From Pseudomonadota bacterium (GTDB lineage Bacteria; Pseudomonadota; Gammaproteobacteria; Pseudomonadales; UBA6940), in assembly GCA_040386355.1 (NCBI GenBank), contig JAZKFP010000056.1, positions 50,960 through 114,959 on the forward strand: a stretch of 64,000 bases of DNA. Direction: 5' to 3'. A model generated the notes under the pieces. The model had not been told where the DNA came from and ran no database searches. It saw only the letters and a list, made by a program, of their open reading frames with translations. The position numbers were made by a program, and so were the translations under genes. Position 1 is the first letter of the stretch; each line of letters begins with the position of its first letter. Shown here one piece after another: positions 59,972-64,000 of this stretch.

Positions 59972-60703
59972 ATGTCAGAAGCGCTAGCAGTAGTACAGCC
60001 CAAAAAAGGAATAATTGAACAGATGGCCGAGCGTTACGACCTTGACCCAAAATTCTTTCATAAGACTTTATCGTCAACGATTATGCCCAGCAATCAAAAC
60101 GTTAGTAATGAGCAATTATGCGCATTTTTATTAGTTGCCAAGCAATACGATTTAAACCCATTTGTTAAAGAGATTTACGCTTTCCCAAATAAAGGCGGAA
60201 TTCAACCCATCGTTTCTATTGATGGTTGGATGAAAATTATTAACGACCAACCAACCTTTGACGGCATGAATTTCAAAGATGAATTAGATGCCGAAGGTAA
60301 ATTAATAAGCGTCACATGCGTGATGTATCGCAAAGATCGAAAACATCCAATAGAAGTTACTGAATATATGAGCGAGTGCAAAAAGAATTCTGAACCTTGG
60401 AATAAATGGCCTGCTCGCATGCTTCGACACAAGGCAACGATTCAAGCAGCACGTTACGCCTTCGGATTATCAGGAATTATGGAGCCAGACGAAGCTGAAC
60501 GATTAAAAGAAATTAATTCAAGTTACAACCCTAAAACCGTCGAATCAGTTCAAGAGCTAGAAAGAAAAATACTTGGCGAAGATGAAGACGATATTGAAGC
60601 TGTACTTGAAGCCAAAGCAAAAGAATTAAAAGCCGAATTTAAAAAGCAAGTTCAACAAGACGAATGGATCGATGATGACACAGGAGAAATAGTCAATGGT
60701 TAA
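59972..60703 (+). CDS. recT: RecT-family single-strand annealing protein
   Basis: ..QYDLNPFVKEIYAFPNKGGIQPIVSIDGWMKIIN.., ..WNKWPARMLRHKATIQAARYAFG... It sits between the exonuclease and SSB genes. Confidence 0.85.
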   Translation: MSEALAVVQPKKGIIEQMAERYDLDPKFFHKTLSSTIMPSNQNVSNEQLCAFLLVAKQYDLNPFVKEIYAFPNKGGIQPIVSIDGWMKIINDQPTFDGMNFKDELDAEGKLISVTCVMYRKDRKHPIEVTEYMSECKKNSEPWNKWPARMLRHKATIQAARYAFGLSGIMEPDEAERLKEINSSYNPKTVESVQELERKILGEDEDDIEAVLEAKAKELKAEFKKQVQQDEWIDDDTGEIVNG

Positions 60704-61202
60704 TAAATGTCTATTCATAGGCCGGTTAGCAAAAGACCCTGAAACTAAATATACACCAGGCGGCGTTGCAATTTGTACTTTCTCCATCGCAGTTGGAAAA
60801 AAATACAAAGATAAAAAAACAGGTGAGCAGCAAGAAAAAACAACTTGGGTAAATATTAAATGCTTCAACCGACTAGCGGAAGTCATGACTGAGTATCTAC
60901 GCAAAGGCTCCAAGGTTTACGTTGAAGGCGAATTAGAAACGGAGTCATGGGACGATCGCGAGACTGGGAAGAAAGTTTATAAAACTGTTATTAATGCGAA
61001 TGAGATACAGATGCTCGATTCAAGAAATGAAGCTCAAGAAGCAATTGAAACGGTGCAAAGCATGAACCCAGAAACTAAAAAATTACTAATGCAACGTTTA
61101 AGAGAATCAGAACAAAGACCAGAAAGACAGCCGGTTAAATCTCACAAACAAATTGAAGCTGAATCAACCTGGGACGAAGATCGTGACGGCATACCATTTT
61201 AA
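60696..61202 (+). CDS. ssb: Single-stranded DNA-binding protein
   Basis: OB-fold N-terminus MVNKCLFIGRLAKDPETKYTPGGVAICTFSIAV..TTWVNIKCFNRLAEV..YLRKGSKVYVEGEL and an acidic tip ending DEDRDGIPF. Confidence 0.9.
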   Translation: MVNKCLFIGRLAKDPETKYTPGGVAICTFSIAVGKKYKDKKTGEQQEKTTWVNIKCFNRLAEVMTEYLRKGSKVYVEGELETESWDDRETGKKVYKTVINANEIQMLDSRNEAQEAIETVQSMNPETKKLLMQRLRESEQRPERQPVKSHKQIEAESTWDEDRDGIPF

Positions 61203-61216
61203 ATAAGGAAATTACC

Positions 61217-61597
61217 ATGCAAAGCCTAGCTGAGCAGAAAGACGCAATAGTTCAAATCAAGATTAATCAGATGTTTAACGAAATGATGCATAAAGATTAT
61301 TTTTCATTTTCTGCGATTGTTGAATGTGCAAAATTACTAGGCGCATACGGTACAGAATTCTATAAAGGCGGTATTGGTGAGTTGCTTAATGTTATGCATT
61401 GTGTAGATTTTATCAAAATACCCGATGAAACAAAAGAATCAATTCCGCAATTAATTCAGCAGCATTTATCAAATGGTGATTATTCTATTTTAATAGCAAC
61501 AAATTATATTAATAATAAAAAAGAGTTTGAAATAAAGATCAAAAGAAAAGAAGAAGAAGTTAAGAAAAACTGGTTTATGAGTCTTTTTAAAAATTGA
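61217..61597 (+). CDS. Hypothetical protein (126 aa)
   Basis: RBS AAGGA. Track ORF. Confidence 0.65.
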   Translation: MQSLAEQKDAIVQIKINQMFNEMMHKDYFSFSAIVECAKLLGAYGTEFYKGGIGELLNVMHCVDFIKIPDETKESIPQLIQQHLSNGDYSILIATNYINNKKEFEIKIKRKEEEVKKNWFMSLFKN

Positions 61598-61609
61598 ACC
61601 GTTGCGAAA

Positions 61610-61891
61610 ATGTGGGGCTTGGGATTAATGGAATCAATATATTGGACTGATGATTTTAATTTTGTTGATATGAGCACAATTATCAGCATTAAAAGAAGAG
61701 ACGGAAAGATTAAAAAAGTAAATTCATGCAAGAAAGGTATAACTAAACCAAATTATTTTGGCTTTCAAAGTGTTTGCTACCAAATAAATAGTAAGAAATA
61801 TTTTATTAATGATGACGGATTTCTTCAAGAAAACCAGTTTGGTGAAGAAGAATCTGGCGACATTATAGAGGTGTCGTTACCAGCAATTTAA
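61610..61891 (+). CDS. Hypothetical protein (93 aa)
   Basis: Track ORF, co-oriented. Confidence 0.55.
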   Translation: MWGLGLMESIYWTDDFNFVDMSTIISIKRRDGKIKKVNSCKKGITKPNYFGFQSVCYQINSKKYFINDDGFLQENQFGEEESGDIIEVSLPAI

Positions 61892-61895
61892 AAAG

Positions 61896-62083
61896 ATCAC
61901 TGAGAGATAGGGCGGCGCTGAGAATCGAAGAAGCGCGCGGAGTTCTGGCCATGGGCAAGAGAAGCTTAAGTAATTCTCTATACCGTCAGAAGAAAAAACC
62001 CTCTAGACGTAGATGTGGTTTTGAAACGCTGGCCTACACAACCTAGCCGGAAGTTAATCGACCGGCCCCTATCTCTGAGTGAT
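61896..62083. other. 188-nt GC-rich element bounded by 18-19-nt imperfect inverted repeats (candidate structured RNA or MITE-like insertion)
   Basis: The left arm ATCACTGAGAGATAGGGC (61896-61913) pairs with the right arm GCCCCTATCTCTGAGTGAT (62065-62083), with one mismatch and one bulged C. Internal hairpins are GCGCT/AGCGC, AGAGAA/TTCTCT and GCCGG/CCGGC. By hand count it is about half G+C, in a visibly AT-rich operon. Confidence 0.7.
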
Positions 62084-62101
62084 TTTATAAGGAAGTTTGA
62101 G

Positions 62102-62452
62102 ATGAAAACAAAAGTAACTAAAGGCTCTCTAGTAATAATTAATACTACAGATTCACCTTGTTTAAATTGCATCGCAAAAGTTACATCAATTAAAAAAGGA
62201 ACAGTTTACGCCAAATATATCTCTAAAAATATGTTGAAAAAATATGGCAATCGCTATTGCTGGACATCAACCGGCATGGCAACACATATTCATGATTTTG
62301 GCATTGAAGTCTTAAAAATTAATACAGAAGAAAAAACTATTACAGCAAAGAAAATAAATAACTCTGTAGCAACCTATGAAGATGGGAAGCCTAGAGATTG
62401 GCAAGATGAAAGAATAACTATGGAATATAACCCTCGTGTTTTTATGAATTGA
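62102..62452 (+). CDS. Hypothetical protein (116 aa)
   Basis: Track ORF 62015-62452 trimmed to Met30 (RBS AAGGAAG 7 nt upstream). The upstream part would be read from the inverted-repeat element. Confidence 0.65.
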   Translation: MKTKVTKGSLVIINTTDSPCLNCIAKVTSIKKGTVYAKYISKNMLKKYGNRYCWTSTGMATHIHDFGIEVLKINTEEKTITAKKINNSVATYEDGKPRDWQDERITMEYNPRVFMN

Positions 62453-62460
62453 GGCAAGGT

Positions 62461-62580
62461 ATGAACCTCTTAAAACGCTTAGCGCAATCTGAATTTGTGA
62501 AAGAAATAGCCGCCCTACTCTTCATCGCTGTGGCTATTGCAGGTGCGGCTTGTTTAGTTAGTAGCGAGTTTTGGAAATGA
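62461..62580 (+). CDS. Small membrane protein (39 aa); not in ORF track
   Basis: RBS GAGG. Sequence MNLLKRLAQSEFVKEIAALLFIAVAIAGAACLVSSEFWK*. Confidence 0.45.
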   Translation: MNLLKRLAQSEFVKEIAALLFIAVAIAGAACLVSSEFWK

Positions 62581-62765
62581 CTATGAGCTACAACAGAACG
62601 TTTAAACATATTAAAAATGGTGATTTATACGAACTAATTGGTAGCGCATTGAATGAAGCAAATCAGAAGCCATTAGCAATATATAAAAGCGTAACTACCG
62701 GATTAATTTGGGCAAGACCGTTCAATGAATTTTTAAGCAAATTCGAACTGGTTGAGGAAAAATAA
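62577..62765 (+). CDS. DUF1653-like small protein (62 aa)
   Basis: ..FKHIKNGDLYELIGSALNEANQKPLAIYKSVTTGLIWARPFNEFLSKF.. fits my recollection of the DUF1653 pattern (Y.H.KG..Y........E.......VvY.....g..W.RP...F). ATGA overlap with the upstream ORF. Confidence 0.6.
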   Translation: MTMSYNRTFKHIKNGDLYELIGSALNEANQKPLAIYKSVTTGLIWARPFNEFLSKFELVEEK

Positions 62766-62827
62766 TGGATCTATTCCACGCGCTAGGTCTAGGCAGCATT
62801 TTAATAATTTGTTTGGTGAGGTGGTGA

Positions 62828-63124
62828 GTGGAAAAGTTAACGAATGAACGAATAAATTTTATTTTGAACCATCTGTATTGCCCTCCTGGTGATGAAGTAT
62901 TTGTTATTAGGGAAATATTGGAATCAATGAAATCTAAAAATTACCGCATGAAAACTGTGGAAGAATTAATAGCTGAAGGTTTCACTCTAACAAGCGATGG
63001 TCTGTTTTTTCAGAAAAAAGACATCAAGGTTTATTTAAGCGTAATAGTAATAAACCAAATTGAAAAATTTACTTTTCCAGATGGATCATTATCTGAAGGT
63101 TTGTATTTAGAGGTAACGGAATGA
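62828..63124 (+). CDS. Hypothetical protein (98 aa)
   Basis: GTG start after AGGTGG. Confidence 0.6.
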   Translation: MEKLTNERINFILNHLYCPPGDEVFVIREILESMKSKNYRMKTVEELIAEGFTLTSDGLFFQKKDIKVYLSVIVINQIEKFTFPDGSLSEGLYLEVTE

Positions 63125-63348
63125 GCTGGATCAAAACGTCTGAGCGGTTGCCGCCTGAGAATGAAACCGTTATTGGAGTTTTTGATAATAGTTACGGAGG
63201 ATTGCCAATTCTCGTTTCTCTTCAAATCGAAGAATATACAAATGCAACTCGCAGATTTTTTGTTGAGGAATGCTTAATTGATAACGACGATATTATTCCA
63301 ATTGAAACTATTAAACTTTGGCGGAAAATAGAAGATTGGACTTTATGA
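63121..63348 (+). CDS. DUF551-like small phage protein (75 aa)
   Basis: N-terminus MSWIKTSERLPPENETVIGVF.. is the W(I)....LP.....V pattern common in DUF551 phage proteins. Confidence 0.55.
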   Translation: MSWIKTSERLPPENETVIGVFDNSYGGLPILVSLQIEEYTNATRRFFVEECLIDNDDIIPIETIKLWRKIEDWTL

Positions 63349-63587
63349 AAACCTTCACTAAAACAAAACTAATCCCCGAAACAGAAGAAGATGTTCTGAG
63401 TCTGCGTGCGGGGGATGTGGTGCATTTTTACACACCTAAAGCAGACCGTTTAAAAATGAAATTAAACGATAACCCAAAAATAAACGAGATAACACCGCAA
63501 AGATATACGGCCTGGTTTGAATTTAATGGAGATATTGAGTTTGATTTATCAGACATTGAAAAAGTAATTCGGTGGGAAGAGCGATGA
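63345..63587 (+). CDS. Hypothetical protein (80 aa)
   Basis: Track ORF 63318-63587 trimmed to the ATG that overlaps the upstream stop (ATGA). Confidence 0.6.
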   Translation: MKTFTKTKLIPETEEDVLSLRAGDVVHFYTPKADRLKMKLNDNPKINEITPQRYTAWFEFNGDIEFDLSDIEKVIRWEER

Positions 63588-63751
63588 AACAAATGACAAA
63601 CATAAAACTTGATTATGATAAATGGATTGAGCTTTTAGCTTTTACAAAAATTGCTTGTTTTAAAAGTAAAGACAACCTGCCTGATGAAGTGAAAAACCAA
63701 TTATATAAATTACTTTCTGAAATAGAAAGTCAAATGGTGGCAAGCATTTAA
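63584..63751 (+). CDS. Small hypothetical protein (55 aa); not in ORF track
   Basis: ATGA overlap. Sequence MKQMTNIKLDYDKWIELLAFTKIACFKSKDNLPDEVKNQLYKLLSEIESQMVASI*. Confidence 0.5.
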   Translation: MKQMTNIKLDYDKWIELLAFTKIACFKSKDNLPDEVKNQLYKLLSEIESQMVASI

Positions 63752-63768
63752 GACAAGGATTTTAAAAA

Positions 63769-64000
63769 ATGAAAACCACAGACATGAGCAAATTGCATTT
63801 AGCCAAGCGGGTTTATTTACGTAATGGAAATATAAGAGAAATAATTCATGTGAGCATGAATAGCGGTAATGAAGATTTCCCCATTTGTATGACTTACCAA
63901 AATGCTTTCAAAGCAGAGTATAAAAATAACGGGCAATGCGGAAGTAAATTAAGCGAGCTAGACATCATCGCTTTTGATATTGATGAACCGCTCTCAAATT
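63769..64000 (+). CDS. Hypothetical protein, 3' end beyond the window
   Basis: RBS AAGGA. Open frame MKTTDMSKLHLAKRVYLRNGNIREIIHVSMNSGNEDFPICMTYQNAFKAEYKNNGQCGSKLSELDIIAFDIDEPLSN.. runs off the window. Confidence 0.55.
   Translation, partial: MKTTDMSKLHLAKRVYLRNGNIREIIHVSMNSGNEDFPICMTYQNAFKAEYKNNGQCGSKLSELDIIAFDIDEPLSN

Larger units (their letters stand above)
9061..64000. mobile_element. Temperate prophage (podovirus-like gene content), left end at or near the tRNA gene, right end beyond the window
   Basis: Uninterrupted phage modules start right after a tRNA gene: lysis, TerS/TerL, portal, scaffold, capsid, many fibre/spike genes, cro/cI switch, replication, exonuclease-RecT-SSB. No integrase and no second att copy are seen in the window, so the exact left junction is inferred. 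Confidence 0.9.

Noticed and set aside
61896-62083. Assigning the 188-nt element to a known class (6S RNA, retron msr/msd, hammerhead ribozyme, HK022 put-like RNA)
   Set aside because: - 6S RNA: it shares only a short GAGAAGC(C)UUAA-like string with E. coli 6S, and the halves do not pair into a rod with a central bubble.
- Retron: no reverse transcriptase follows.
- Hammerhead: the CUGA-containing strings do not fit CUGANGA...GAAA core spacing.
- put/nut: it is about 4 kb from the promoter and far larger than put or nut sites.

Left unassigned.
61978-62172. 64-aa minus-strand track ORF and the first 29 codons of 62015-62452
   Set aside because: Both are read from the GC-rich inverted-repeat element. 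The downstream gene has a good RBS at its internal Met (62102).
1-64000. CRISPR arrays, rRNA genes, additional tRNAs, integrase/transposase genes, reverse transcriptase/DGR, restriction-modification or known multi-gene defence systems
   Set aside because: Looked for but not seen. There are no regularly spaced repeat-spacer arrays, and no ORF has integrase (R..HxxR..Y), DDE, RT (YxDD) or methyltransferase motifs that I could recognise. Absence is by eye only and should be confirmed with tools.

Overview
This window is an AT-rich bacterial chromosome segment, gammaproteobacterial in look (dnaX / SRP RNA / HtrA / HPII catalase context); the taxon is not determinable from sequence alone.

**Host genes (1-9060), ordinary.**
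- dnaX (-), cut by the window edge and absent from the ORF track.
- A 4.5S SRP RNA (-), hidden under two spurious track ORFs.
- Two unassignable proteins, an HtrA/DegQ-type protease, a small acidic protein and a large-subunit catalase.
- A tRNA-Met(CAU) with its own promoter.

**Prophage (9061 to at least 64000).** This looks like a temperate prophage with no sheath, tube or tape-measure genes, so it is podovirus-like. Its right end and integrase are not in the window. Modules:
1. Plus-strand cargo next to the tRNA (9379-13643). It includes a PEP-CTERM-like secreted protein. It also carries a TROVE(Ro60-like)+vWA protein preceded by a promoter / structured RNA / terminator unit.
2. A roughly 31-kb minus-strand late operon (44630 down to 13656). 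It runs lysis, TerS/TerL, portal, scaffold and capsid (followed by a strong terminator). An unusually large series of fibre/spike-like proteins and Gln-rich internal proteins follows.
3. A repeat-dense control region (44631-45147) and a plus-strand moron island driven by a near-consensus promoter (45073-46682).
4. A minus-strand early operon (55670 down to 46672). It contains a cro-like gene, an unannotated CsrA-like 56-aa gene, and a DUF1376-type replication gene with 11-bp-periodic iterons (candidate ori). It also carries a dUTPase, a DUF559-like nuclease, an HslV-like peptidase and a Cys-rich beta-helix repeat protein.
5. A lambda-like switch with six ATAC-N6-GTAT operators in two triplets. 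The cI-like repressor is followed by a three-gene membrane/coiled-coil module.
6. A plus-strand recombination operon (PD-(D/E)XK exonuclease, RecT, SSB). It is interrupted by a 188-nt GC-rich element bounded by 18-19-nt inverted repeats.

**Most interesting items.** These are the TROVE/vWA gene with its adjacent RNA, the 188-nt structured or mobile element (which shares a motif with hairpins at about 57.85 kb), the cI-linked module, and the moron island.

**Limits.** All functional calls rest on motifs I could read by eye. No database searches, folding programs or statistics were run. Counts and coordinates of small elements were derived by hand.
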